64,000 nucleotides of DNA from Bradymonadia bacterium (GCA_046290225.1 JBKAGE010000034.1:384001-448000), one strand, 5' to 3'. Positions 46,903 through 56,317 are shown, numbered from the stretch's first letter. The notes: generated by a model not told the origin, from the letters alone. A program made the numbers and translations.

Positions 46903-47820
46903 GGCCGCAGCGAGCGCCACTCTACTCATGATCTCTCGGGCTCGAGGGTCGAGACCGCTGAGCGTGGCCACACGCCCCTCGCCTTCTTCAGTCAATTCGA
47001 TGGTGAGGGTCTGCTTCGGAAGAGAGACACCGAGGCGATCCGGCCACTCCATCACCACGATGCCCGCACCGCTGAGGTAGTCCTCGACACCAAGCCCCAT
47101 GGCTTCTTCAGGCTCGGACAACCGATAGAAGTCCATGTGATGGATTGGGCACCGACCGCCTTCATAGCTTTGAATGAGCGTGAAGGTGGGGCTGTTGACG
47201 TAGACGCCCTCGGGGACATCCACCCCGACAGCGAGACCTTGGGTCAGGGTGGTCTTGCCTGCGCCGAGGGTGCCCTGAAGCGCCAGGACGTCCCCTGGGC
47301 CGACGACGGCACCCACAGCTCGACCGAGGGCCCGGGTAGAGCCTGCATGGGGCAGTGCGATCTTCAAGGATCGCTGGCTCTGGCCGTACAGCGCCTTGCT
47401 CAGCCGCCTCAAGACCGGTTGATCTGCAGGGGGGAAGCCGAGCCTCATCAACTCATCAGCGCTGGCCCAGATCAGCTCTTCGGCTTCGAGGGGTTGGGGA
47501 TCTCCACTGACGATGCGGCACCGGAACACGAGCAGCACCACCTCTTTCGCACGCTCTGGATACAGGTGGTGGCCCACGGCGAAGATCTCCCCCACCTGCA
47601 CCACGACGCCCAGCTCTTCTTGGAGCTCGCGTACGAGGGCCTGCTCCGGGCTCTCACCCAGCTCGATCTTGCCCCCGGGAAACTCCCAATTGCTGGCGAG
47701 GTGGGTGCCCTGGGGTCGGCGGGTGACGAGAAACCGCCCCTCGGCCACCGGACCATCGAGATCAGCGCCGGGGCCCTCGATGAGACCCGCGGACACCACC
47801 ACCCGGGCGAGGGTGCTCAC
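46870..47820 (-). CDS. mutT-tsaE: Fusion of a MutT-like Nudix hydrolase and the t6A biosynthesis ATPase TsaE
   Basis: WEFPGGK..GESPEQALVRELQEELG and FPPAD, then GTLGAGKTT, SPTF, HMDFYRL and VMEW, all in one frame. Confidence 0.9.
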   Translation of the reverse strand: MSTLARVVVSAGLIEGPGADLDGPVAEGRFLVTRRPQGTHLASNWEFPGGKIELGESPEQALVRELQEELGVVVQVGEIFAVGHHLYPERAKEVVLLVFRCRIVSGDPQPLEAEELIWASADELMRLGFPPADQPVLRRLSKALYGQSQRSLKIALPHAGSTRALGRAVGAVVGPGDVLALQGTLGAGKTTLTQGLAVGVDVPEGVYVNSPTFTLIQSYEGGRCPIHHMDFYRLSEPEEAMGLGVEDYLSGAGIVVMEWPDRLGVSLPKQTLTIELTEEGEGRVATLSGLDPRAREIMSRVALAAASIAEAPEPGE

Positions 47821-48098
47821 GCGGTGAAGCCCGCCCGACTGCGGGTCTGGGCCTCTCGCTTGAGGCGAAGGCCCAACACGGCTTCATAGGGCAGGCAGTA
47901 GCGCTCATCGGTGGTGGTCAGCTCCAGCCAGCCCTCACCGAGGTGCACCGTGCTCACTCGACCGATGGTGGCAGGCCCGCCGCTCTGGCTGGCGAGCAGG
48001 ATCGCCAGCTGTGCTTCGGCGGGGGCGGTGTAGGTGTCGCCGTCTTGGGTGAGCTCGGACTGGCCGCCGAGCATCTGGGCGAGACTCTCTCGATTCAT
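47817..48098 (-). CDS. Small hypothetical protein (93 aa)
   Basis: GGAGGAG RBS; stop overlaps the start of the fusion gene (GTGA). Confidence 0.7.
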   Translation of the reverse strand: MNRESLAQMLGGQSELTQDGDTYTAPAEAQLAILLASQSGGPATIGRVSTVHLGEGWLELTTTDERYCLPYEAVLGLRLKREAQTRSRAGFTA

Positions 48099-48102
48099 GG
48101 GT

Positions 48103-49563
48103 CTACTCCTCCCCTTCTGAAGAGACGGGGTTGCGATCACATCTGCGCACACACAGCTCAGCCTGAACGTTGCCGTTCTCGTCGGCAAGTTCGACACAAG
48201 AATAGCCCTGGGGGCACTCGTTCGGCGCCTCGCCACACGGCTCGAAGCAGAAGTCGCCGATGGGGTTCTCCTCTTCGTCCTGCAAGCTCAAGCAGCGACG
48301 GGGCATCCCACCACACGCGTTCTCATCCTGAGGATCACACCCGGGCTCGCAGTGCACCCCAGGGGCCTCGATGCACTGAGCGTTGGGCTGATCGCACACC
48401 TGGCCGAAGGCGCACTGGTAGTTGGCCACGCAGCCACGCTCCACACAGGTGCCGTTCTCACAAGCCTTGGTGGCGTCGAGGCAGTCTTCGTCTCGCTGAC
48501 AACCGGAGACGCACATGAGGGCGTCGGTATCGCAGTAGGTCTCGGGCTCGAGACATTCGGCGCTCGACAGGCACCCACCGGGGATCCGGCAGCGGCCGTC
48601 GGGCTCGCACATGGCGCCCTCCGGGCAGTCTTCAGGGCCCTGACACGGAGGCTGGCACCGCAGGTTCTGGCAAAGCTGGCCGTTGGGGCACTCGGCATCC
48701 TCAGCGCAGCCTCGCTGGCAGTACAGCTGGTCGTTACAGAAGCGGCCCTCGGGGCAGTCGATGTCGTTCGCGCAGTCGCCGGGCTGGCTGCACTCACCCC
48801 CTCGGGGCACGCAGGCGCTCACTCCGGGCTCCACCTCCCGACACTCGAAACCCGGGCCGAGCTGATCACAAGCGCCCTGAGCCTCGCACCCCCGCAGGCA
48901 GTGCGTCTGAGCAGCGGCGCCCACTGGGAAGCAGACATCGGTCCGGCGCTCGCAAGGGTTGTAGGGCGCAAGGCCGGCCCCACCCTGAGAGGTGTCAGGG
49001 CACCGGCCACAGGGCAACACCCGCTGGCGGCACTGGCCCGCGCAGGGATCACAATATGCATCCACGGCGCACTGCAGATCGCGCTCGCACGGGTTGCCAG
49101 TCAGAGGCTCACAGACCCCACGACAATTGCACACGCTGCCCTCGGCGCACGTGCCGCCGTCGCCACAGGCAGGCAAGGGCTGGCACAGACCAGAAGGATC
49201 ACAAATCTCGCGAGGGCCGCACTCGAAGTCAGCGGCGCATGCAGCTCGACACACACCTGCGTCGACGTCACAGCGAGATCCCGCAGGGCAGCCTTCGTCA
49301 CCCACACACGAAGCGCCACCACCGCCAGCGCCGCCCATGGCGCCGCCAGCGCCGCCACCTTCACCCGCAGCGCCCCCGGCGCCACCACCAGCGCCACCAC
49401 CAGTGCCACCAGCAGCTCCGCTTGGTCCGCCTGCAGCAGCACCCGTGCCTCCAGCACCGGCGCTCCCACCGTCATCATCACAGGCCACGAGGGCGAGGCA
49501 AAGGGCCACCAGGGGCATCAGGCGCAGGGGCCTCAGAGCATGCATGAACTCGGGGGAACTCAC
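48103..49563 (-). CDS. Cys-rich repeat lipoprotein
   Basis: Lipobox LVAC, Gly/Ala linker, many C..D..C..G..C units; GAGGAG before GTG 49563. Confidence 0.85.
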   Translation of the reverse strand: MSSPEFMHALRPLRLMPLVALCLALVACDDDGGSAGAGGTGAAAGGPSGAAGGTGGGAGGGAGGAAGEGGGAGGAMGGAGGGGASCVGDEGCPAGSRCDVDAGVCRAACAADFECGPREICDPSGLCQPLPACGDGGTCAEGSVCNCRGVCEPLTGNPCERDLQCAVDAYCDPCAGQCRQRVLPCGRCPDTSQGGAGLAPYNPCERRTDVCFPVGAAAQTHCLRGCEAQGACDQLGPGFECREVEPGVSACVPRGGECSQPGDCANDIDCPEGRFCNDQLYCQRGCAEDAECPNGQLCQNLRCQPPCQGPEDCPEGAMCEPDGRCRIPGGCLSSAECLEPETYCDTDALMCVSGCQRDEDCLDATKACENGTCVERGCVANYQCAFGQVCDQPNAQCIEAPGVHCEPGCDPQDENACGGMPRRCLSLQDEEENPIGDFCFEPCGEAPNECPQGYSCVELADENGNVQAELCVRRCDRNPVSSEGEE

Positions 49564-49613
49564 GGAGAGCGTCTCCTCGTCGGTGGGGTAGAGGGCCACG
49601 GCGGCCCGGGGGA

Positions 49614-52097
49614 TCACTTGCGGATGGTGAAGGGCAGCGTCACGGTGCGGTTGGTTCCAGAGAACGCGGGCACCGACATGCCGCCGAGGGCCTCGCGCAC
49701 GCAGCGGTTGCCCACGGTGGAGCCGCCCACCAGGGTAACGTTGATCACCTTGCCCTTGGGCAGGGCGGTCATCTTGACCTTGAGCACCTTCACCGAGGCG
49801 TCTCGCCGGGCCTCTGCGGTGAGGCACTTCGACAGGCGGCTCTGACGAGCAGCCACGGCGGCATTGAGGGCCTCGATCTTGAAGACGGCCCCCTCTCCTG
49901 CAGACATATCGAGGGTGCTGCTCTCTGCCAGCAGACGCTCTTTGCGGATCTGAGCCTGCTCGGCCCGGGCGCGCTTTGCCGCAGCGCTCCGGGCGGCAAG
50001 GCGGACACGCTCCACACGCTCCGCTGCGGTCTCAGGGGCCTCGTCGGGCAGGGCCACGGAAGGCAACGCCGCCTCGAAGGGCATGATCGCCTGGCCGAGG
50101 TTCGCCACCACGGGGGTGGGCAGCGTGGACTGGTACCAGAAGTACCCCCCCACGGCGAGGGCGATGGCCAGGAAGGAGGCGCCGAGGCTGCCGTTGACGA
50201 GAATCGAGCGCCGGCGGTTCTTGCGCTTGATGTCGTTGTCTTCCTGCTTTCGCTTCCGAGCGGCTTTCTCGTGGGCCCACTTGTGCAGGATCTCTTCGAA
50301 GAACTCGATGTCGGAGAGCGGACGAATCTCCTCAGTCTCCACATCGAAGAGCAGCTGCTCGGTGTCGATCTCTTCCTTGAAGAGCTGCTCCACCACCTGC
50401 TTGCTCGAGTATGGACCGTAGTCGAGGCCATTGCGCCGGACGATCCACCGCAGGGCGTCGGGATCGAGGGCGCTGTGATACCCCAGATCGGGGATCTCGA
50501 AGCCTCCAGGGGCGCTCACCGGCGCCGCGTCGTGCTCGGGCAGCTTGTTGAGGGTCGGCGCGCCCCCCCGACGTCGATTCGGCGTCAGCGGCGGCGGCAC
50601 GGCAGGGATGGACGGCGGGCTGGCCACCGGCGCAGCAGGCATGGATGGTGGCAGTACAGGGGGCTTCGCCGCAGATGCAGGCACCGCCGGAGGTGCCGCT
50701 TCGGGGGCGGCCGTAGGCTCCATGACGATGGCGCTGTCATCCAGGAGCAGTGGCGCTTCCTCGGCGGGCTCTGTCCTGCCCTGTACCTCAGGAGCGCCCT
50801 CAGCGTCGCCAGCCTCCTCGGACGCAGAGTCTTGAGCTGCGCCCACCGCATCTGCTTCCGGGGTGGTCTCGTCTTTGGGCGGTCCACCTGCAGGGACTTC
50901 TGCAGTGGGGACTTCTGCAGTGGGGACTTCTGCAGTGGGGACTTCTGCAGTGGGGACTTCTGCAGCAGGAGCTTCTGCTGGGGGCACTTTTGCAGTGGGG
51001 ACCGCAAGGGCCTGGATCGCATCGATGGGCACGTCCACCACCTGAGTGGAGCCCTCGTCAACCTCAGGCGTACTGTGGGCCTCGGGGGCCTGAGGCGCAG
51101 GAGGATCGACGATCGCATCCACCATGGCTGTGGCATCTTGCCCTGCAGCCGTAGCCTCCTTGGGCGTCGCTGGTGCCTCAGGAGTGACTACAGGTGCGGG
51201 TGCTGCCTTCTCTTGCAACGCTGATGCTGGCGCAGGCGTCACCGGTACCGCGGAGGGCTCTCCCTGCAGTTGGGCCTGGGTGAGGGCCGAGAGAGCCGAC
51301 TTCAGCTGGCCCACCTTGGTGAACCCCTCTGGCGCCCCTGGTCGACAGCGGTCCAGAATCTTGTGCAGGGCCGGGTGCTGGCCTTCGAGGGGGGCATCAG
51401 CCTCGGCCACTCCGGTCATCATCGCCCGTAGGATCGCCCCGAGGGCCTTGAGATCACTCTGTACCCCGGTGAGACCCTCTTCACCAGTCTCTCCGGCGAA
51501 GCACAAGGCATCCCACCTATCCATCGACACGCGGAGTTTCACGGCCTCGGGCCTCAGGGCTTCGAGGGCCAGCCCCTCGAGCTTGACCCGCCCCTGAGTG
51601 GTCACGGCGATGCAGGAGGGGCGCAGCAGGCCGGAAGGGATCTGAGCCGCCTTGAGCGCATTGCACACATGAGCGACCAGATTGTAGGCCCCTTTGAGGT
51701 TGAAGGTTTTCCCTGCCCGGGAGCGCTTCTCCAACAGGCGGCCCAGCGTACGACCCTCGACGCGCTCCATGGCCAGGGCGTGGAGGTCACCGTCCACCCA
51801 CCAACCGTGAATGCGTGCCAGATTCTTGTGGGTGAGGCCCTGGGCTTGAAGCACCGCATCTTGCGTCGAGATGAGGGCGTTGCCGTCACCTGTGAGGCGA
51901 GGATCGAAAACCAGCAGGCTCAGGGGGCCGGCCCTACCCGAGGGATCGCTTACGTCAGTGACGCGGTAGAGCGCACCGAGAGCGTCTTCTCTCAGGGTGG
52001 ATTCGATCTGAAACTGCCCCGCAAAGCGCTCCCCCTCGGCGAGGAGCATCCGCGGGGCTCTCGGTGCTGAAGGTTCAGTCCGCTGGCTGGTTTCCAC
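49614..52097 (-). CDS. Membrane pseudokinase with Pro/Ala linker, GYF_2-like domain, TM helix and AgmX/PglI (TonB-C)-like C-terminus
   Basis: Kinase-fold remnants (LTHKNLARI, MERVEG.TL, VQSDL.ALG) without VAIK, HRD or DFG; WIVRRNGLDYGPY; C-terminal C...C...LPF. Confidence 0.7.
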   Translation of the reverse strand: METSQRTEPSAPRAPRMLLAEGERFAGQFQIESTLREDALGALYRVTDVSDPSGRAGPLSLLVFDPRLTGDGNALISTQDAVLQAQGLTHKNLARIHGWWVDGDLHALAMERVEGRTLGRLLEKRSRAGKTFNLKGAYNLVAHVCNALKAAQIPSGLLRPSCIAVTTQGRVKLEGLALEALRPEAVKLRVSMDRWDALCFAGETGEEGLTGVQSDLKALGAILRAMMTGVAEADAPLEGQHPALHKILDRCRPGAPEGFTKVGQLKSALSALTQAQLQGEPSAVPVTPAPASALQEKAAPAPVVTPEAPATPKEATAAGQDATAMVDAIVDPPAPQAPEAHSTPEVDEGSTQVVDVPIDAIQALAVPTAKVPPAEAPAAEVPTAEVPTAEVPTAEVPTAEVPAGGPPKDETTPEADAVGAAQDSASEEAGDAEGAPEVQGRTEPAEEAPLLLDDSAIVMEPTAAPEAAPPAVPASAAKPPVLPPSMPAAPVASPPSIPAVPPPLTPNRRRGGAPTLNKLPEHDAAPVSAPGGFEIPDLGYHSALDPDALRWIVRRNGLDYGPYSSKQVVEQLFKEEIDTEQLLFDVETEEIRPLSDIEFFEEILHKWAHEKAARKRKQEDNDIKRKNRRRSILVNGSLGASFLAIALAVGGYFWYQSTLPTPVVANLGQAIMPFEAALPSVALPDEAPETAAERVERVRLAARSAAAKRARAEQAQIRKERLLAESSTLDMSAGEGAVFKIEALNAAVAARQSRLSKCLTAEARRDASVKVLKVKMTALPKGKVINVTLVGGSTVGNRCVREALGGMSVPAFSGTNRTVTLPFTIRK
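50893..50965. repeat. 15-bp tandem repeat GGGACTTCTGCAGTG, 4 perfect copies plus a 13-nt partial; encodes (AEVPT)n
   Basis: Seen directly; degenerate copies continue to about 51000. Confidence 0.95.
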
Positions 52098-52195
52098 GGG
52101 CAGCGCTCTCCAGGTGTAACCTCAGTGTTCTTAGCCCACTGCCCGCAGAGGTACAATAGGGCTGCATGGGCTGGAGGCCTTCGCGGGCCCCAGGC

Positions 52196-52633
52196 TCAGG
52201 GGTTCGAGGCAGCCACCTCGGCGAGATCCACCTTCCACGCCTCCCCCTCTTTCACCAGAGCGATGCGCTTGAGCACTTGCTCACCTGCCTTCACGACCAC
52301 CACCCGGCGCGTCTCGGTGCTCGCCTCGGCGTCGATCTGTGGCTTGTCGGAAATCGCCAGCTCCTGACGCCACCCCGACCGGATCACCAGCGACTCGGCC
52401 ACCACCTCTACGCTGGCATCCGCTGGCAGGCCCAACTGCTGAGCGAGTGCCTTGCGGCTGTCGGTGGTGAGCAAGGCCGCCAGCCGATCCGCGCGCCCAC
52501 CCCGGATGGCGGCGTTGAACTGCTGATAAGCGGTGATGGCCGGATCTTCCGGAGGCGGGCCACAGCCCACTGTGAGCATCGTCGACATCACCAGTGTCAG
52601 AGTCCAAGGGCCCGTGGCCCGGCGTCTCCTCAT
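52196..52633 (-). CDS. Lipoprotein, possibly NTF2-like
   Basis: Lipobox TVGC; C-terminal LVKEGEAWKVD. Confidence 0.75.
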   Translation of the reverse strand: MRRRRATGPWTLTLVMSTMLTVGCGPPPEDPAITAYQQFNAAIRGGRADRLAALLTTDSRKALAQQLGLPADASVEVVAESLVIRSGWRQELAISDKPQIDAEASTETRRVVVVKAGEQVLKRIALVKEGEAWKVDLAEVAASNP

Positions 52634-52731
52634 CTGCGCAGCTCCCTCTAGGGTCTTCTCTGGGCCTTCGGAATATGGTCCATTGGCCAGGATCGTTCAC
52701 CGCTCAAAGGTATATCAGGGTGCAGCAGAAA

Positions 52732-53394
52732 ATGCCGAGGTTGCTGGTGGCGGGCCTGACCCTCGCCCTCTGGTCGTGTGCAGGTGAGCCGGAGCCGGGC
52801 ACACCGGAGGCGGCGGCCCACGCCCTGGGCCTCGCTCTACAGGGTGGAAAACCCGAGGCGGTCCTCGCCCTGACCACCAAGGGCACACATGAACGCCTCG
52901 ATCGGCTCTACCAGAAAATCACCGTGCAGCGAGGTGCCATCGAGCAGCGTTACCCTGAAGACGCTCGAGGGGCCACAAAGCTCACCTACCCCGAGGGGGT
53001 CTTCGAAGCAGACAGCGCAGAAGCTCTCTTCGGCGTGCTGATCACCCCCTGGCTCGAGAAACTCGAGCGCGGCGAGGGCCTGCTGTATGGCATGAGCGCC
53101 CGCTCGGTGCGGATGGATGGTGACGCAGTCGCCCTCGTCTCTACTCGTGCAGGCGAGCTTCTGCGCCTGGAGAAGACCGATGAGGGCTGGAAGACCGACG
53201 CCTTCGAAGCAGCTCTGCAGGTGAACCTCGATCGGGTGCACAAGAACCAGATCACCCTCGAGAACAATCTCATGGTGTTCGCGGCGATGGAGAAGCGGGC
53301 GGCCAAAAAGAAGGCTGCTCAGCCACTGCCAGATGCGCCCGCCAACGGGCAAGACGGCGACGCCCCACCCCCTTCACCTGCATCAGATCAGTAA
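52732..53394 (+). CDS. Lipoprotein, possibly NTF2-like
   Basis: Lipobox LWSC after MPRLL; LEKTDEGWKTD. Confidence 0.72.
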   Translation: MPRLLVAGLTLALWSCAGEPEPGTPEAAAHALGLALQGGKPEAVLALTTKGTHERLDRLYQKITVQRGAIEQRYPEDARGATKLTYPEGVFEADSAEALFGVLITPWLEKLERGEGLLYGMSARSVRMDGDAVALVSTRAGELLRLEKTDEGWKTDAFEAALQVNLDRVHKNQITLENNLMVFAAMEKRAAKKKAAQPLPDAPANGQDGDAPPPSPASDQ

Positions 53395-53818
53395 CAGTCA
53401 TATACGGCCTGCCACGGACGATGGCCGAGGCCGTGGCGGCGCCTATCCCGGGTACGGCTTGTAGATCAGTGGCCGCGGCGCTGTTGACGTTCAGCTTCAG
53501 CCCCAGTGAGAGTCGAATCCCTCCAGGCAGTGAAGAGACCTTCATCCGACATCCCTCAGCGTCGCCTGCGAGCGTGAGCAGATCGCCTCGACGGATGGCT
53601 CTCGTGGGTGGACAACGTTCGAGTGTGGGGATCAACGCCTCGGCCCGGCAAGGAAAGATCGCCTCGGTGAGCGTGGGGCCGAAACCAACAGCGGAGGCAC
53701 AGTGTGTGGTTGCAGGTAGAGTCACCCGCTGCACTCTGGCGGACAAAGACCAGCCCACGAGGCCACAGACCAACCACGTCAGCATCAAGGACCATCGCCG
53801 GTGCCGTGTCATCGCCAT
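53270..53818 (-). CDS. comEA: ComEA-family helix-hairpin-helix DNA-binding protein
   Basis: N-terminal TM; LNVNSA...DLQAVPGIG and DLMQVKGVG. Confidence 0.85.
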   Translation of the reverse strand: MAMTRHRRWSLMLTWLVCGLVGWSLSARVQRVTLPATTHCASAVGFGPTLTEAIFPCRAEALIPTLERCPPTRAIRRGDLLTLAGDAEGCRMKVSSLPGGIRLSLGLKLNVNSAAATDLQAVPGIGAATASAIVRGRPYMTVTDLMQVKGVGRRRLARWRAHLAVAEQPSFWPPASPSPRTP

Positions 53819-53882
53819 GGACGTCGCCCATCTCGCTCGTCGTACACAACGATCTATGGGGCGTCGGTGGTGGGTGTGCCGG

Positions 53883-54272
53883 TCAGATCCTCAAACCCGA
53901 CATCTTCAGGCCGATCCAGGCGGCAAAGAGGCCGCCGAGCACATTGAGACCGACGTTGAGCAGCATCCAGCCCACGCCAGCTCTGCCGAGGCTCACCGAC
54001 TCGTAGCCGAAGGTGCTGAAGGTGGTGAGGCCACCGAGAAAGCCTGTGGTGAGCCCGGTATAGACGGGGGGCGTGAGCCAGCCGGCCTTGTCTGCACTCT
54101 TCAATGCGAGACCACCGAGCAGGCCCATGAGCAGGCAGCCGAGCAGGTTGGCAGCCAGAGTCCCCACGGGGATCGTGGCAGGCCACCAACGCTTGCCAGC
54201 GAGGGCCAGCGCCCATCTGCACACAGCCCCTGTACCGCCCCCGAGGAATATGGCCACGGCGTTGGCGCTCAC
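53883..54272 (-). CDS. crcB: Fluoride channel Fluc
   Basis: GGGTGA..R, GTL.AN, GFLGGLTTFSTF; four TM helices. Confidence 0.95.
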   Translation of the reverse strand: MSANAVAIFLGGGTGAVCRWALALAGKRWWPATIPVGTLAANLLGCLLMGLLGGLALKSADKAGWLTPPVYTGLTTGFLGGLTTFSTFGYESVSLGRAGVGWMLLNVGLNVLGGLFAAWIGLKMSGLRI

Positions 54273-54937
54273 CGCCGAGCCCAGATGGCGAGGGCGTCGA
54301 AATCCACAGTGCTCGAATCCACTCTGTTCACCCCCTCTGCGGCCCTACCCCAAGGCACACACGCGAAGGGCATCTCTGCCCTCGATGCAGCCTCGGCATC
54401 CACTTCGGTGTCGCCGACGTACAGACAGCGGGCTGGGGGCACTTCGAGGGCTGCAGCGGCCTCCAACAACGGACCCGGATCAGGCTTGCGAGTGGGGAGC
54501 GTGTCGCCGCCGAAGACGCACCCGAAAGTCGATTGCCAACTCAGCCCTTCCAGAACCGGCTCCAGGAACATGCCAGGCTTGTTCGTGACGAGCCCCAGAG
54601 GGATGTCGGCGGCGGACAACGCGCTCAACGCCTCTGGCACCATGGGATAAGGCACGGTGTGGTCGAGCAGGTGCGTACCATAGGCCTGCAAGAACACAGC
54701 TCGGCCAGCCTGTACCTCTTCAGGGCCCAGCTCAGGCAACGTGTTCACCAGCAAGTGGCCAAGCCCCCACCCGATGTGGGCTGCCACGTCAGCTTCGGGC
54801 CAGGGTGCAAGGCCGAAGTGCTCGCGGACCATGTTGGCCCCTGTGGCGATGTCGCTGGTGCTGTCGATGAGGGTGCCGTCCAGATCGAAAATCACCGCCA
54901 GGGGGTCGAGGGCAGACAGGTGGATGGCCATGCTCAT
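54269..54937 (-). CDS. gph: HAD-family phosphoglycolate phosphatase-like protein
   Basis: FDLDGTLIDS, VTNK, KPDP, VGDT..D. Confidence 0.88.
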   Translation of the reverse strand: MSMAIHLSALDPLAVIFDLDGTLIDSTSDIATGANMVREHFGLAPWPEADVAAHIGWGLGHLLVNTLPELGPEEVQAGRAVFLQAYGTHLLDHTVPYPMVPEALSALSAADIPLGLVTNKPGMFLEPVLEGLSWQSTFGCVFGGDTLPTRKPDPGPLLEAAAALEVPPARCLYVGDTEVDAEAASRAEMPFACVPWGRAAEGVNRVDSSTVDFDALAIWARR

Positions 54938-56187
54938 GGGTCAGACTCCTCTTCAGACTCCGAGGCGGTCGAAGCCACCTCGCTCGGTGCGGGCGTCGGC
55001 GCCTTGGGCGCAGCCGGTGCACTCGCCGCCGTGGTGCGTGCCGGGTAGGTGCCCAGCACGCGCACCTCAGCGGCTGAGGCCTTCAGATCGGTGAGGGCTC
55101 TCTGCACCTGAGGATCATCGCCGTGGCCCTCGAAGTCGACGTAGAAGCGGTAGACCCACGGCTGCCCGGGCTGAGGCCGGCTCTCAAGTTTCGTCAGGTT
55201 CAACCCGTGTTGGGCGAAGACCTGCAGCGCCTGAACCAGAGCGCCGTGGCGATGCTGAGCAGAGAAGATCACCGAGGTCTTGCACGGCACTCGCTCTGCG
55301 TAGGCCTTCGGGGCGCGGGCGACGATGACGAACCGGGTGAAGTTTTGTGCGTGATCAGCGACGCCTCGCTGCACCACAGCGAGACCGTGGAGACGCGCAG
55401 CTGCCTCACTGGCGATGGCCCCCTGGGAGAGATCTTGCTGGGCCTTGACCTGCGCCACGGCGGCGTCGGTATCGGAGACGGCCTCGGCGATGACGCCAGG
55501 CAACCTGCGGATGAACCCTCTGCACTGCGCCAGGGCCTGGGGGTGAGAGCAAATGCGCCTGATCCGAGCGATGGGCACTGACGCTTCCAGAGCGATCAGG
55601 CAATGCTCGATGGGCATGACCTCTTCGCCGATGATGAACAACCCGCCCTCGGCGAGCAGATCATAGACTTCGGTGATCGAGCCCGCCGTGGTGTTCTCCA
55701 AGGGCAGCACTGCGTAGTCCGCCGACCCATCGCGAAGGGCCGCCACCAGCTCGCCGAAGCCCAACCCTGTGCGAAACACCACCGCCTCTTCATGGGCCTC
55801 GAAGTGACGACGAGCTGCCTGGGCGCTGTAGCTGCCAGGACCGCCGAGGTGGGCCACGACGAGATGTCCCGCAGCGCGTCGGGCGGCCTCAGGCGAGAGC
55901 TTCAGCTGCTGCTGTCGCACTGAGTGATCCAGGATCTCCTGGTACAGCCGTACGACGAAGTCGGGATCGAGGCCCCCACCGGCGGCAAGCCGCTCGATGC
56001 GCCCGAGCAGAGCCGACTCTCGTGCAGTGTCTCGCAGTGGTCGGCTCGGTGCCCCGCGCTTGAGCGTGGCCACCCGCTCCACAAGCCGCTGTCGGGCGCT
56101 GAGCGCCTGCACCAGGTCGGCGTCTACTGTGTCGAGCTGCTGGCGGAGCGTGCTCAACTCGTCTTCAGGTCGGGTGGCGTCGCTCAC
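54934..56187 (-). CDS. pheA: Chorismate mutase / prephenate dehydratase
   Basis: AroQ-type N-terminus; PLENTTAG, SHPQALAQC, NFTRF; ACT domain with LTKLESRP. Confidence 0.95.
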   Translation of the reverse strand: MSDATRPEDELSTLRQQLDTVDADLVQALSARQRLVERVATLKRGAPSRPLRDTARESALLGRIERLAAGGGLDPDFVVRLYQEILDHSVRQQQLKLSPEAARRAAGHLVVAHLGGPGSYSAQAARRHFEAHEEAVVFRTGLGFGELVAALRDGSADYAVLPLENTTAGSITEVYDLLAEGGLFIIGEEVMPIEHCLIALEASVPIARIRRICSHPQALAQCRGFIRRLPGVIAEAVSDTDAAVAQVKAQQDLSQGAIASEAAARLHGLAVVQRGVADHAQNFTRFVIVARAPKAYAERVPCKTSVIFSAQHRHGALVQALQVFAQHGLNLTKLESRPQPGQPWVYRFYVDFEGHGDDPQVQRALTDLKASAAEVRVLGTYPARTTAASAPAAPKAPTPAPSEVASTASESEEESDP

Positions 56188-56282
56188 CGTAAGCCCTCGC
56201 GGTCGGTTCTCACTCGCCCCGCAACATGCCTAGACTTCGCGCGGAAGAAAAGAAGACCTGCCCCTGGGAAGGTTTTACACGA

Positions 56283-56311
56283 TTGACAAGATCACACGGC
56301 CCTCGTAACAC
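56283..56311 (+). promoter_or_regulatory. Sigma70 promoter TTGACA-N17-TAACAC directly before the hutH ATG
   Basis: Perfect -35; 6 nt separate the -10 from the ATG. Confidence 0.6.
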
Positions 56312-56317
56312 CGACCC

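Noticed and set aside
50893..50965. CRISPR-like repeat
   Set aside because: Head-to-tail 15-mers with no spacers, in frame inside a CDS, and no cas genes.
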